DNA of 64,000 nt. Source: Planctomycetota bacterium. GTDB lineage: Bacteria; Planctomycetota; MHYJ01; WSZJ01. The position numbers were made by a program, and so were the translations under genes. How positions within the stretch are numbered: position 1 is the stretch's first letter; each line of letters opens with the position of its first letter. The notes under the pieces are model-generated. The model ran no database searches. It saw only the letters and a program-made list of their open reading frames with translations, and had not been told where the DNA came from. Shown here one piece after another: positions 1 through 9,450 of the stretch. The stretch is taken from NCBI GenBank assembly GCA_038060895.1, contig JBBTCT010000018.1, forward strand, positions 26,300 through 90,299. The letters run 5' to 3'.

Positions 1-1395
1 GCCGAGGGAGTCGTAGACGGTGACGTGTGTCAGCGCCGTTTCGCCCACGGCCGTGGCGGTTTCGTTGAAAAGCAGGAGCCGGTTGCCGCCCTCCGACAGG
101 ACGACGTTGTCGATGGCGTTCAGCAGCCCTGCGTTCGCAGCGATCCGCATCGTGCCGGCGGTCGAGCCTTCGTCGATCCGCCTGTCGGGTGTCGGCCCGG
201 CATCGGACAGGATCCCGTCTTCCGTCCCGGCCACCACGCCGACCGCCACGCGGGAGCGTTCGTTGAACTCGAACGCGTCGCCGGCAACGGGAAGAGCGAT
301 GGTGCTGTCGAGCGGTGAGACAAAAGTGATCGTGGTGACGCCGGCCGCTTCCGTGATCGTATCGATCTGGGCAGTGTGGCCTGCGCCGGTGCCTCCCGTG
401 AAGCGGAGGTAATCACCGGGACGGACGCCGGCGGTGACGAAGCTGCCCGTGAGGGTGGCTCCGGCCGTGGTGACCGTATCGAGGGCCCCGACGAAACCTG
501 TGGAGAGGGATGCGCCCCAGGTGCCGCTGGAGAGGGAGGTATTGATCCCGAGGGCGCCCTCGATGAAATCGAGGAGGTCCTGGAGGGTGGTACCGGTGTC
601 GTCGATCCCTGCGGCCGGAGGGCCGGCGGAGATTTCGAAGCGGCGGACGCCGAGGGAACGGCCGCCCTTGTCGGCCTGGAACTCGAGGACATCGCCGAGG
701 GCGAGCGCGAAGTCCACGGGTCCGCCGGCGTCGAGCCGGCCCAGGTCGGTCAGGAGCGTGGCGAGCGTCGCGGGCGTGGCGCCTGTGACGTCGATGAGCG
801 GCACGGCCGACTGGAGGACGTTGCCGTTCGAAGCGATGGGGCCGCCGCCGTTGAAATTCCCGTCGATGGAGAACTGGGACGTCGCGTTGGCGATCGTGAG
901 GGACCCGAGCGGGATGGTGATGTCGGACAGCGCCGCGCTCGGCGTGATCGTGAACGTGGAGAGGTCGGCCAGCAGTCCCTGGACCTTGAAACCGGACGAC
1001 GGGTCGATCAGGAGATTGCTGGCGTTCAGCCCGAACGTCCCGTCCCGCGTGTACAGCTCCTGGCCGCTTCCGTCGGTCAGGATGAAGAACCCGTCGCCGT
1101 CGATCGACAGGTCGGTATTGACCCCTGTCGCCACGAAGTTGCCCTGCAGGAAGTTCGTACGGGAACCGGAGACCTGCACGCCCAGGCCGACCTGCGACGG
1201 ATCCTTGCCGCCGAGATTTCCGGACGGCGCGGCGCCGAAGCCGAGCGTCTGGCTGAGCAGGCTCGCGAAATCAACGGAACTCGACTTGAAGCCGGTCGTG
1301 TTCACGTTTGCGAGATTGTTGCCGATCGCGTCGATCTTCACCTGCTGGGCCCTGAGCCCGCTGATCGCGGAATTCATTGCCCTGATCAAAGCCAT
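1..1395 (-). CDS. flgE: Flagellar hook protein FlgE (first 465 codons; 3' end lies beyond the left edge)
   Basis: Absent from the ORF track because it runs off the window. Manual minus-strand translation from ATG 1395-1393 gives MALIRAMNSAISGLRAQQVKIDAIGNNLANVNTTGFKSS...QVGLGVQVSGSRTNFLQGNFVATGVNTDLSIDGDGFFILTDGSGQELYTRDGTF. This is the canonical rod/hook N-terminal and FlgE motif set. The frame stays open to position 1, and the gene follows flgD. Confidence 0.85.
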   Translation of the reverse strand, partial: MALIRAMNSAISGLRAQQVKIDAIGNNLANVNTTGFKSSSVDFASLLSQTLGFGAAPSGNLGGKDPSQVGLGVQVSGSRTNFLQGNFVATGVNTDLSIDGDGFFILTDGSGQELYTRDGTFGLNASNLLIDPSSGFKVQGLLADLSTFTITPSAALSDITIPLGSLTIANATSQFSIDGNFNGGGPIASNGNVLQSAVPLIDVTGATPATLATLLTDLGRLDAGGPVDFALALGDVLEFQADKGGRSLGVRRFEISAGPPAAGIDDTGTTLQDLLDFIEGALGINTSLSSGTWGASLSTGFVGALDTVTTAGATLTGSFVTAGVRPGDYLRFTGGTGAGHTAQIDTITEAAGVTTITFVSPLDSTIALPVAGDAFEFNERSRVAVGVVAGTEDGILSDAGPTPDRRIDEGSTAGTMRIAANAGLLNAIDNVVLSEGGNRLLLFNETATAVGETALTHVTVYDSLG

Positions 1396-1467
1396 GACAG
1401 TACGCCTCGAAAGCGGGGTTCCTCGGTCGCTCGGAACCCCTTCCTGAGCCTCCCTTTCGGGGCCGGC

Positions 1468-1845
1468 TCAATCCAGGATCACGGTCGAGTCGATTTCGGT
1501 GAAGACCCTCTCTTTCAGGTCCGCCTTGTCGACCGCCGTCACAACCGTCTTGTTCTGCACGGACACGACCAGCCCGATGTCGCGAAGCAGGAAGAGCGAG
1601 TTGCGGCTCCCCTTTTCCGCTGCCTTTTTCAACGCGCCGTCGATCAGCTGCCGGTCCCGGTCGGAGAGGGAAATGCCTCTCGACTGAAGCCGCTGCTGCG
1701 CGTGCGCCGACCACTTCAATCCCCCCAGCTTCGACTTCAGGACCTCGGCGAACTTCGGCCCGCCCGTGACCGGCAATTGCCCGGCCCGCTGCGGCTGGTC
1801 CGCGTTCCCGATGCCCGGAATGTTGCGAAGAGGATCCATGGTCAT
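1468..1845 (-). CDS. Small flagellar operon protein (TIGR02530-like, recollection)
   Basis: 125-aa ORF between flgD and flgE. The motifs ...WSAHAQQRLQSRGISLS...LVVSVQNKTVVTAV...VFTEIDSTVILD resemble the small conserved protein found at this operon position in other bacteria. Its start overlaps the flgD stop. Confidence 0.55.
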   Translation of the reverse strand: MTMDPLRNIPGIGNADQPQRAGQLPVTGGPKFAEVLKSKLGGLKWSAHAQQRLQSRGISLSDRDRQLIDGALKKAAEKGSRNSLFLLRDIGLVVSVQNKTVVTAVDKADLKERVFTEIDSTVILD

Positions 1846-2276
1846 ACCGCCGGCTCTTCCGCGGGCGCCGGCAGGAAAATCTGCGCGACGGCCGAGAGGC
1901 TCATCGTCTGGTCGCCGATCACGAGCTTCACCTGCCCGTCGAGGACCACCACGCGCGAAACCAGGCCTCCTCCCTCAAGACCGTTGTCGGTGACGCCGAT
2001 CACGGCCTTTCCGAGCAGGGCAGAAGCGCTCGCCAGGTCGCCGCTGTGCTGAAGGCTGCGGAGGGAATCGGTCAGGGTCGCCGCGCTCTCGATCTGGTTG
2101 AGCGTGGCGATCTGCCCGAGGAACTCCGAGTTCTTCATCGGTTCCAGCGGATCCTGGCTCTGGAGCTCCGTGATGAGGAGCTTCAGGAAGTCGTCGCGGG
2201 TGACCCGGGCGCGGGCCGATGCGGAATCCGCGTTCAGCAGCGATTCCGTCGGCGACATCATCGAGGTCACATTCAC
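1842..2276 (-). CDS. flgD: Flagellar hook capping/assembly protein FlgD
   Basis: TRDDFLKLLITELQSQDPLEPMKNSEFLGQIATLNQIES is the FlgD N-terminal signature. The ORF-track start (2396) would overlap fliK. GTG 2276 follows AGGAGAA by 6 nt, just after the fliK stop at 2293; ATG 2261 is an alternative start. Confidence 0.85.
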   Translation of the reverse strand: MNVTSMMSPTESLLNADSASARARVTRDDFLKLLITELQSQDPLEPMKNSEFLGQIATLNQIESAATLTDSLRSLQHSGDLASASALLGKAVIGVTDNGLEGGGLVSRVVVLDGQVKLVIGDQTMSLSAVAQIFLPAPAEEPAV

Positions 2277-2292
2277 GGTTCGTTCTCCTGAG

Positions 2293-3468
2293 TTAGACGG
2301 TGACGTCCAGCAGGCGGGGAAGACGTGCTTCCGGCCGCGAGTCGGAGACAGTCTCCGGCTCCGCCTCCGTGAAGAACGGTTCGGGATTGGAAGCAAACGA
2401 GCCTTCCGCCCCGTTTCCTTCGCCCTGCGACACGGACACGGACATCCGGCCGAGCGTGAGACCCTGGTCCTCGAGCGACTGCCGGAGGTCGTTCGAGTGC
2501 TGCTGGAGCGAATGCCGGGCGGACTGCGAGTCGGTTTCCATGCGGGCGAACACGACTCCGTCGCGGACGGCGATTTCGATCCGGAGCGCGCCGAGGTGCG
2601 GCGGGTGAAGAAGGATCTTCACGCGACCACCTCCCAGCGAGGCCTGCGCTTTTACGGCTGCCGTCACGCGATCGACCGAGGACGGCGAGAGCGGACCCGA
2701 CGGCGTCGCGGAGCGAAGCACGGGGGCTGCCTGGCCGGACTGGGGGGCGGAAGCGGGAACGGGGCTGGACGGCGAATCGGCTGCGATCGGCGTCGAGGCG
2801 GAGACGGAAGCGTCTCGTGTCGCGACCGATCTTGCAGCCGCCGGCGCGGTCGGGGCGGAGAGATTCGGCACGGCGGCGGCGATTCCGGTGGATTCCGGAA
2901 CCTCCGACACCGGCGCGAGCTCACCGCTCGGGCCCGGCACGGTTTCAATTCCCTGGGACGAACTGACGACGGAAGTTCCCTTCGACGTCACGAACTGACC
3001 GGCGACCGGAAGAACCGGCACGACGGAGGACACCGCTCCCTCGAAGACGCAATCCTGGGCGGGAGCGAGGCTCCCGGCACCCGGTGCGCCTCCGACCGTC
3101 CCTGCCGAGAATGCAGGTGCGGTCTCGGGCCTGGGAGACGGGTGGAACGATTGACGACTCTCCGGAGAGCGGGGTTCTACCTGCTGCCGGATCGGGGGAT
3201 GCGCATCGGTCGACTCTTCCGGCCGATTTGCCTCCCGGCTCCGGGGAGCGGGCGTTTCGTCGGGACGAATTGTGTCCGTGACGTCACGACCAGCGTCCGG
3301 TCGATCCTGTGCCCCTGCTTCCCGTGCGACCTCCGGCGATGGTCCGGCCGGAAAAGCCGAGAAGAGCGATCCGAGCATCGCGGAGAATTCCATCGAGGCG
3401 GGACGGTCGTCCTGCGACGGTGGAGCCTGGTCCGGCTGCCGGGATCCTGAAATCGTCTGAATCTGCAT
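2293..3468 (-). CDS. fliK: Flagellar hook-length control protein FliK
   Basis: The C-terminal KILLHPPHLGALRIEIAVRDGVVFARMETDSQSARHSLQQHSNDLRQSLEDQGLTL matches the FliK C-terminal (Flg_hook) domain. The N-terminal part is a long Pro/Ala/Ser-rich region. Operon position fits. Confidence 0.8.
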   Translation of the reverse strand: MQIQTISGSRQPDQAPPSQDDRPASMEFSAMLGSLFSAFPAGPSPEVAREAGAQDRPDAGRDVTDTIRPDETPAPRSREANRPEESTDAHPPIRQQVEPRSPESRQSFHPSPRPETAPAFSAGTVGGAPGAGSLAPAQDCVFEGAVSSVVPVLPVAGQFVTSKGTSVVSSSQGIETVPGPSGELAPVSEVPESTGIAAAVPNLSAPTAPAAARSVATRDASVSASTPIAADSPSSPVPASAPQSGQAAPVLRSATPSGPLSPSSVDRVTAAVKAQASLGGGRVKILLHPPHLGALRIEIAVRDGVVFARMETDSQSARHSLQQHSNDLRQSLEDQGLTLGRMSVSVSQGEGNGAEGSFASNPEPFFTEAEPETVSDSRPEARLPRLLDVTV

Positions 3469-3546
3469 TATGGTTCACCTCCTTTCACAGCAGTTGGAGA
3501 CGGTTTTCGGGGAGAGCCTTGGTGGGGCTCTGCGCGAAAAACGTCA

Positions 3547-3681
3547 GGGGATGGGGAGGGGCGGGATTGGGATGGGGGGATCGGGATTTGGGTCGGGATG
3601 GGGCTGGCAACTTTTCTTGACGGCCCCATCCCCATCCCGATCCCGATCCCCTCCCATCCCCATCCCGTCCTTCCCAATCCC
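3547..3681. repeat. IR1: long imperfect inverted repeat with a G-tract arm (GGGAT-like units) and a complementary C-tract arm
   Basis: Left arm 3547-3604 is ggggatggggaggggcgggattgggatggggggatcgggatttgggtcgggatggggc. Right arm 3623-3681 is gccccatccccatcccgatcccgatcccctcccatccccatcccgtccttcccaatccc. The loop is about 18 nt. It lies between the MotE-like gene and fliK inside the flagellar operon. Confidence 0.9.
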
Positions 3682-3690
3682 ATGCCGTTC

Positions 3691-4302
3691 TCATTTCCCA
3701 AGCGCGGCCTGCACCTCCTTCGCCTTCACCGCGTAGTCCGTTTCTCCCCGCTTTCCCATCGTCAGCATGGCGCCGACGATGTCGGAGGCCTCGTACGGCT
3801 TCATCGCCCTCAGGTACCCCACGATTTCTGCCGTCTCCCAGTCCGCCATCAGCGTCGCGGCCGTCTTCGGAAGGTGATTGCGCAGGACGTCGAGGTTGGA
3901 CTTGAACTTGTCGCCGCCGGCCGAAATCAGGGGAGCCGAGGTCCCTCCCGGCGCCGGCACAACGCCGGCCACCGGCTTTTCGGTCGTCTCCGCCGTCCGT
4001 TTCTCCGCCCGGACGCGATCCGCCTGCAGCCGCAGGTCCCGGTCCCGCGCTTCCGCCATCGCCACCAGCGTCTCCATCTCGCGCAGATCCCCCGGAGTCG
4101 GACCCGAAACCGCCGTCACCGTCACGGGCGCCGGCATCGGACCCGCAGCCTCGCCGCGCAGCCCTCGCACGGCCGCATCCACCCGGTCGCTCGTGAGGAA
4201 TCCCCCGGCCGCCAGCGTCGCGACGAAAATCGCCACCGCGAGCGTCGTGACCACGCAGAAAACCAGGATCACCCTCCCGGCCGAAGTCATCGCCTTGTTC
4301 AT
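3691..4302 (-). CDS. Flagellar-operon membrane protein with MgtE_N/MotE-like C-terminal domain
   Basis: 203 aa with an N-terminal TM helix (VILVFCVVTTLAVAIFVATLAA) and a coiled coil. The C-terminal ADWETAEIVGYLRAMKPYEASDIVGAML resembles the MgtE_N-type domain seen in MotE/FlbB-like proteins. ATGA coupling with the fliJ stop. Confidence 0.5.
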   Translation of the reverse strand: MNKAMTSAGRVILVFCVVTTLAVAIFVATLAAGGFLTSDRVDAAVRGLRGEAAGPMPAPVTVTAVSGPTPGDLREMETLVAMAEARDRDLRLQADRVRAEKRTAETTEKPVAGVVPAPGGTSAPLISAGGDKFKSNLDVLRNHLPKTAATLMADWETAEIVGYLRAMKPYEASDIVGAMLTMGKRGETDYAVKAKEVQAALGK

Positions 4303-4751
4303 CGGATTCCTCCTGAAGCGCGGGACGCCGCGGAAGCCTCATCGATCGAGCGCTGCTCGTCCTTCAGCATTTCCACGGTCCACTCCGACGCGCGACGCTC
4401 GCGCAGGCGGTCCAGAGCCTTTCTTTCCTTCATCGAAGCGGAGAGCAAGGCGCGGGCTTTCTCGGAAGCGGCCCGGAGCTCTGCAAGCCGTTGCCTCTCG
4501 ATCCCGGCGCGCCGCTCCAGAGCCGCGATGTGCCGCTGGTGGGCCAGCAGGTCCGTGACCCGCAGCTCACGCGCCCCCTGGGCCGACCGCAGCTCCGTCA
4601 CGGCACGAGACTCCGCTTCCTCAAACCGCGCGACTTCGCCTGCCTGCACGTCAGCTGCCTGCCGCGCGATCCCAAAGGCGCGCTTTGCGCCTTCTTCCGC
4701 GGCGCGCCGCAGGTTCAGGAGAGACTCGAGGCGGAACTCGAAGCGCTTCAT
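4299..4751 (-). CDS. fliJ: Flagellar export chaperone-like protein FliJ
   Basis: 150-aa all-helical, charged protein (MKRFEFRLESLLNLRR...). It sits immediately downstream of fliI and overlaps both neighbours by 4 nt. Confidence 0.7.
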   Translation of the reverse strand: MKRFEFRLESLLNLRRAAEEGAKRAFGIARQAADVQAGEVARFEEAESRAVTELRSAQGARELRVTDLLAHQRHIAALERRAGIERQRLAELRAASEKARALLSASMKERKALDRLRERRASEWTVEMLKDEQRSIDEASAASRASGGIR

Positions 4752-6073
4752 GCGGACCCCTTCGGCTCGCTCAGGGAAGAGCTGCCGATTTCGCGAAGTG
4801 CGGCGACGGTCGCTTCGAGGGACGATTTCTCCATGAGCGGCTGCCGGAGGAAAGCGTTGATGCGGTCCATGGAAGCGATGGCGCGGTCAACTTCGGGGGA
4901 GGCGCCCTTTTGATAAGCGCCGACGGCGATGAGGTCCTCTGCGCCGCGCCAGGCGGCGAGAAGGGCGCGGACGCGGTCGGCGGCGGCGCGGTGATCGGGG
5001 GTGGCGACTTCGAACATGAGGCGAGAGATGGAGGCGAGGACGTCGAGGGCGGGGAAGTGGCCGCGCTGGGCGAGGGCGCGCGAGAGCCAGATGTGGCCGT
5101 CGAGGATGCCTCGTGCCGCGTCGGCGACGGGCTCATTGATGTCGTCGCCCTCGACGAGGACCGAGTAGATTCCGGTGATGGAGCCGGTCGCGGCCTGCCC
5201 GGCGCGCTCGAGGAGTTTGGGCATGGTCGAGAAGACGGACGGCGGGTATCCGCGGGTGGCGGGCGGCTCGCCTGCGCTGATGCCGATTTCGCGCAGGGAA
5301 TTCGCCATGCGGGTGATGGAGTCCATGAGGAGGAGAACGTTTTTGCCCTCGTCGCGAAACGATTCGGCGATGGCGGTGGCAACGAAGGGCGCGCGGGCGC
5401 GGAGAAGGGCGGGCTCGTCGCCGGTGGCAACGACGACGACGGCCTTGCGCCGGCCCTCGGGGCCGAGGTCGCGTTCGAGGAAGTCGCGGACTTCGCGGCC
5501 GCGCTCACCGACGAGTGCGACGACGACGACGTCGGCCGCGGTGTTGCGGGTGATCATGCCGAGGAGAAGCGACTTGCCGACGCCGCTGCCGGAGAAGAGG
5601 CCGAGGCGCTGACCTGCGCCGAGGGTGGCGAAGGCGTCGAGGGAGCGGACGCCGGTCGCCAGGGCCTTGTCGATGCGGCGGCGCGTCATGGCCGGCGGGG
5701 GAGGCGCGTAGACCGGGACACGGGTTGCGGAATGAAAGGCAGGCCCGCCGTCGATCGGGTCTCCGAGCGCGTTCACGACCCGCCCGAGGAGTTCGGGTCC
5801 GGCCGGAACGGTCGCGCCGCCCGGAACTGCGACGACGGCGTCGTGGCGGCGCAATCCGCGCGTCTCGCCCAGCGGCATGAGAAGAGCCCGGTCCTCGCGG
5901 AACCCGACGCACTCCGCCCGGACGCGCTCCGCGCCGACTTCGCAGACCGCTCCCACCGGGACCGCGATCCCTTCCGCTTCGATCACGAGCCCCACGACCC
6001 GCGCCACTCGTCCCGTGAGAAGAACAGGGGAGCTGTCGAAGAGACGGTCGGCCGCGGTGTCGAGGAAGTTCAC
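4748..6073 (-). CDS. fliI: Flagellum-specific ATP synthase FliI
   Basis: Walker A is GSGVGKSLLLGMI and Walker B is VLLLMDSITR. The layout is F1/T3SS-ATPase-like and the protein is 441 aa. Confidence 0.95.
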   Translation of the reverse strand: MNFLDTAADRLFDSSPVLLTGRVARVVGLVIEAEGIAVPVGAVCEVGAERVRAECVGFREDRALLMPLGETRGLRRHDAVVAVPGGATVPAGPELLGRVVNALGDPIDGGPAFHSATRVPVYAPPPPAMTRRRIDKALATGVRSLDAFATLGAGQRLGLFSGSGVGKSLLLGMITRNTAADVVVVALVGERGREVRDFLERDLGPEGRRKAVVVVATGDEPALLRARAPFVATAIAESFRDEGKNVLLLMDSITRMANSLREIGISAGEPPATRGYPPSVFSTMPKLLERAGQAATGSITGIYSVLVEGDDINEPVADAARGILDGHIWLSRALAQRGHFPALDVLASISRLMFEVATPDHRAAADRVRALLAAWRGAEDLIAVGAYQKGASPEVDRAIASMDRINAFLRQPLMEKSSLEATVAALREIGSSSLSEPKGSA

Positions 6074-6780
6074 GACCGTTCACCCAGCAGCAGCCGTTCG
6101 ATCTGGGCCAGCTGCTCCGCGATTCCTGCGTCGGAGGATCCCTCGGCCCAGGACACCTTCGCGCCTCCGCGGCCGACCGCTTCGTCTTCGACGACGCGGA
6201 CGACTTCCAGGCCGTCGAAGCGCTCCGCCAGCTCGGGCGCGAACTGGTCCATCAACACCCGGTCGGCCGGGTGCACCCGGATTTCCAGGCCGCCGCGCCG
6301 CGCCGCAAGCGCGATCGCCGCCGCCACGTTTCCCCGCACGATCGATTCGTCGAGCGCCACTTCGCGCTTCACCACGGTCCGCGCAATCGCCAGCGCCAGC
6401 TTGATCACGCCTGCTTCGGCGTCGGTCGTTGCCCGGCGGACCGCGTCCTCGAGTGCCGGGCCGAGCTGGCCGAGAAGCGACGCCACGCGGGCCTCGCCGG
6501 GCGAAAGCCGGCCTTGCGCATCCGCGAGCGCGGCGAGCCGCGACTCGGCACGCCCCTTTTCGATGCCCTGCTCACGCCCCGCGGCGACGCCGCGCTCCAG
6601 CGCCGCGGCGCGCTCCGCGTCCGCCAACTTGACGATCCGGGTGGCTTCTTCCTTCGCTCCCCGGATGATCGCGTCGGCCTTCTTCCTGGCCTCCTCGATT
6701 TGCGCGGAGGCCTCGGCTTCCAGGTCGCGGATCTGGAAGGGGGAGGGGGAAGAGCCGGTCTTAGGTTTGAAAATTCCCAT
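6070..6780 (-). CDS. fliH: Flagellar assembly protein FliH
   Basis: 236 aa with a charged coiled-coil N-terminus and a FliH-type C-terminal domain (IKLALAIARTVVKREVALD...RVHPAD). It lies between fliG and fliI. Confidence 0.75.
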   Translation of the reverse strand: MGIFKPKTGSSPSPFQIRDLEAEASAQIEEARKKADAIIRGAKEEATRIVKLADAERAAALERGVAAGREQGIEKGRAESRLAALADAQGRLSPGEARVASLLGQLGPALEDAVRRATTDAEAGVIKLALAIARTVVKREVALDESIVRGNVAAAIALAARRGGLEIRVHPADRVLMDQFAPELAERFDGLEVVRVVEDEAVGRGGAKVSWAEGSSDAGIAEQLAQIERLLLGERS

Positions 6781-6795
6781 GGTTTTGGGGGACGG

Positions 6796-7815
6796 TTACA
6801 CGACGATCTGCGAGCTCCCGCGGCCCTCTATGACGATGTCGCCCAGGTCCTCGTACTTGCGGACGACTTCGACGATTCCCTGCTGCGCCGCTTCCACATC
6901 GGACAGCCGCTGCGGGCCCAGGTACTCCATCTCCTCGCGCAGGAGGTCCTGCGCGCGCTTCGACATGTTTCTGAAGAACTTGTCCTTGAGGTCGTCGTCT
7001 GCCACCTTGAGCGCAAGCCCGAGCTGGCCGGTTTCGATGTCCTTGAGGATGATCTGGATCCCGTGGTCGTCGATCCGCTTGATGTCCTCGAACACGAACA
7101 TCAGCTTGCGGATCCGGTCCACCATCTGCGGGTCTTCTTCCTCGAGCGAATCGAGGATTGAGCGTTCCGTGGAGCGGTCGGTGAGATTGAGGATGGTGGC
7201 GACGGACTTGACGCCGCCGGCGCGTCGAAGGTCTTCCGCGAAGAGCGAGGACAGGCGCTTTTCGAGCGCGCCCTCGACCTGGGCGATGACTTCGGGGCTG
7301 GTGACTTCCATCTGCGAGACGCGGCGGACGACCTCGATCTGGCGCTGCTGGGGGAGGCCCTGCAGGATCTCCGCAGCCTGGTGGGCCGGGAGGTAGCTGA
7401 GGATCAGCGCGACCGTCTGGGGGTGCTCGTCCGACAGGAACGTCGAGAGGTTCTGCGGGTCCGCCTTGCGCAGGAACCCGAAGGGCGTCGATCGCGTCGC
7501 CGCCTCGATCGTCTCAACGATTTTCTTCGCTTCGTCCGGATGCAGCACCCGGGAGAGCAGGTCGCGCGCCGCGGGAAGCCCGCCCTGCGCCGTCACGTCC
7601 AGCTGCATCGTGTTGCGCAGGAAGTCCTCGAGCACCTGGTCGCGCTCCTCGCGCGTCACGCCTTCGAGCTTCGCGATCTCAACCGAGACTTCGCGGAGCA
7701 TTTCCTTGTCCATCTCCCCGAGGATTTTCGCCGCGAGGTCAGGATCGATGGACACCAGCAGCACCGCACTCTTGCGGATGCCCGACTGTTCCAGCGCTTT
7801 AGCGGGACTCATCAC
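6796..7815 (-). CDS. fliG: Flagellar motor switch protein FliG
   Basis: 339 aa. N-terminal KSAVLLVSIDPDLAAKILGEMDKEML, the MFVFEDI motif, and a C-terminal torque helix region (MSKRAQDLLREEMEYLGP). Confidence 0.95.
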   Translation of the reverse strand: MMSPAKALEQSGIRKSAVLLVSIDPDLAAKILGEMDKEMLREVSVEIAKLEGVTREERDQVLEDFLRNTMQLDVTAQGGLPAARDLLSRVLHPDEAKKIVETIEAATRSTPFGFLRKADPQNLSTFLSDEHPQTVALILSYLPAHQAAEILQGLPQQRQIEVVRRVSQMEVTSPEVIAQVEGALEKRLSSLFAEDLRRAGGVKSVATILNLTDRSTERSILDSLEEEDPQMVDRIRKLMFVFEDIKRIDDHGIQIILKDIETGQLGLALKVADDDLKDKFFRNMSKRAQDLLREEMEYLGPQRLSDVEAAQQGIVEVVRKYEDLGDIVIEGRGSSQIVV

Positions 7816-9404
7816 TCACCTCGCACAATCCAGTTTCGGATCAGGTTCGCGCCGGCCTGCGGGTTCCTGCGCATCAGATCGGTCACTTTTTCCTGAAGGC
7901 GGGCGCTCCGGAGATCGGCCGCCGCCGTCGCCGGGTCGAGCGAAGGTCCTTCCGGCGGGATCGCGAGCTCGGCGCGGACGCGTTCAATCTCCGCGAGAAC
8001 GTCCCGCGGGGCCGAAGCGCGCACGATGCGCCAGATGAAGAAGAGACCTGCCAGGACGAGCAGGACCAGCACGGCCTTTTCGCCGTACCGGGTCGCGATG
8101 TCGCGCCACTCGCTCGCGGCGATCGGCGCCACGACGGCCACGGGCTCCGGAAACGTCACCGGGTGCATCTTGATCTGCGCCGCCTCGACACTGCACGCCC
8201 GCGCTACCAGAAGCGTCCAGTCGCGCAGGTTGTTGGCGATGTTCTCCTGCGTCGCTTCGGCCGAGGCCGGCTTCGAACCGTCCGCTCCGAGCGACGCTTC
8301 GGCGTAGGGAACCACCACGGCCAGCGTCACTCCCTTGATCTTGCCGGGAGGCGTCACCGTGTGCGTCTTCTCCGATCCGAACACGTTGTCGAACTCTCGG
8401 CGCGAAGTGGTCTCGTTTCCAGCAACCGTTTCCGGCGAGCCGGGGACCGCGGTGCCGGGTTCGGCGAGGCCGCCGGGTTCGAGGGCGGAAGCGACTCCCG
8501 GGATGCCGCCCACGGCCGACGAGGGCTTTTCAGTCGTCTCCGAGACGCGAAGGGCGGACTCAGGCGCGAGGGCCTTGTTGGTCTCCTTCTCGACGCTTTC
8601 CATGTCGAGTTCGACCGCCGCCTGCACCGACACCTTCGAGAGGAACGACAGCGCGTCCTTCGCCTTCTTCGCCGCGAACTCCTCGTGTTCCTTCTTGAGC
8701 TGAAGCGCCGTCCCCGCCAGCACGTGCGGCTGCCGCGGATCGGGGACCTCGTACGAGTTCATCGCCGTGTCCGTGATGATCACCGCTTCCGGCGCCAGGT
8801 TCGGGATGCTCGCCGCCACCATCTCGGCGATCGCCCGGCCGTTCACGTCCCCGGGCGTCCGGCCACGCTTCAGCTTGAGATGCACGCTCGCCTTCGCCGG
8901 CCGCGCGTTGATCGTCGTCTCCGGGTCTTCCCCCGGTGCGATCTGCACCGCGGCCGCTTCGACGGCGTCCATGGAAGCGATCGCGCCTTCGAGCCTGCGG
9001 CGAAGGGTGTCCGTCCACTGCAGCCGCTGGCGCGCTTCGGTCGTGGTCCACACGTCCTGCGTCCAGAGCCACTCGAACTGGTTCTTGCCCTGGGGGAGGA
9101 TGCCGTCGCCGTAGAGCTGGACGAAGAGCTCGTCGCGCTTTTCCGGGGGCACCATGACGATGCCGTTCTCCAGCTTATACGGGACGGCTTTGGCTTTGAG
9201 GGACTCGAGCACGGCCGCGGTCACGTCGGCGGGCGAACCGGCGGGCGTCAGGGGCACCATCGACCGTCCGGGCGCGGCCGCGAAGATCAGGAAGAAGGCG
9301 GCGACGACAACGAGCGCGAGCAGCGCGAGCGAGACGCGCTGGGCACCGGAGAGTTTCGCGAGGAACTCCTGGACCCGTTTGAGCTGCTCTCGAAGAACGT
9401 CCAT
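7812..9404 (-). CDS. fliF: Flagellar M-ring protein FliF
   Basis: 530 aa with an N-terminal TM helix, a YscJ/FliF ring-building region (AVPYKLENGIVMVPPEKRDELFVQLYGDGILP), a second TM helix and a C-terminal tail. Confidence 0.9.
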   Translation of the reverse strand: MDVLREQLKRVQEFLAKLSGAQRVSLALLALVVVAAFFLIFAAAPGRSMVPLTPAGSPADVTAAVLESLKAKAVPYKLENGIVMVPPEKRDELFVQLYGDGILPQGKNQFEWLWTQDVWTTTEARQRLQWTDTLRRRLEGAIASMDAVEAAAVQIAPGEDPETTINARPAKASVHLKLKRGRTPGDVNGRAIAEMVAASIPNLAPEAVIITDTAMNSYEVPDPRQPHVLAGTALQLKKEHEEFAAKKAKDALSFLSKVSVQAAVELDMESVEKETNKALAPESALRVSETTEKPSSAVGGIPGVASALEPGGLAEPGTAVPGSPETVAGNETTSRREFDNVFGSEKTHTVTPPGKIKGVTLAVVVPYAEASLGADGSKPASAEATQENIANNLRDWTLLVARACSVEAAQIKMHPVTFPEPVAVVAPIAASEWRDIATRYGEKAVLVLLVLAGLFFIWRIVRASAPRDVLAEIERVRAELAIPPEGPSLDPATAAADLRSARLQEKVTDLMRRNPQAGANLIRNWIVRGE

Positions 9405-9450
9405 GGCTGCTCCGTGTTAGGAGGGTGGCTTGTGCGGCTTTTTGAATCTT

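Noticed and set aside
1415-1440. Small hairpin GGGGTTCC-N10-GGAACCCC between the small flagellar operon protein gene and flgE
   Set aside because: An 8-bp stem without a T-run inside an operon. It could be chance in GC-rich DNA, and it is much smaller than the IR1-IR9 class.
376-2052. Long plus-strand ORF (558 aa), with similar ones at 434-1447, 2098-3450, 4685-7396, 8163-9458 and 10014-10724
   Set aside because: All lie antisense to flagellar genes that have clear family motifs. Their translations are Arg/Gly/Ala/Pro-rich with no motifs. These are typical shadow ORFs of high-GC DNA.
3485-4342. 285-aa minus-strand ORF overlapping the MotE-like gene and hairpin IR1
   Set aside because: It is Gly/Arg/Asp-rich low complexity, in a different frame from the 203-aa ORF that has a TM helix and a MgtE_N-like domain, and it runs through the palindrome.
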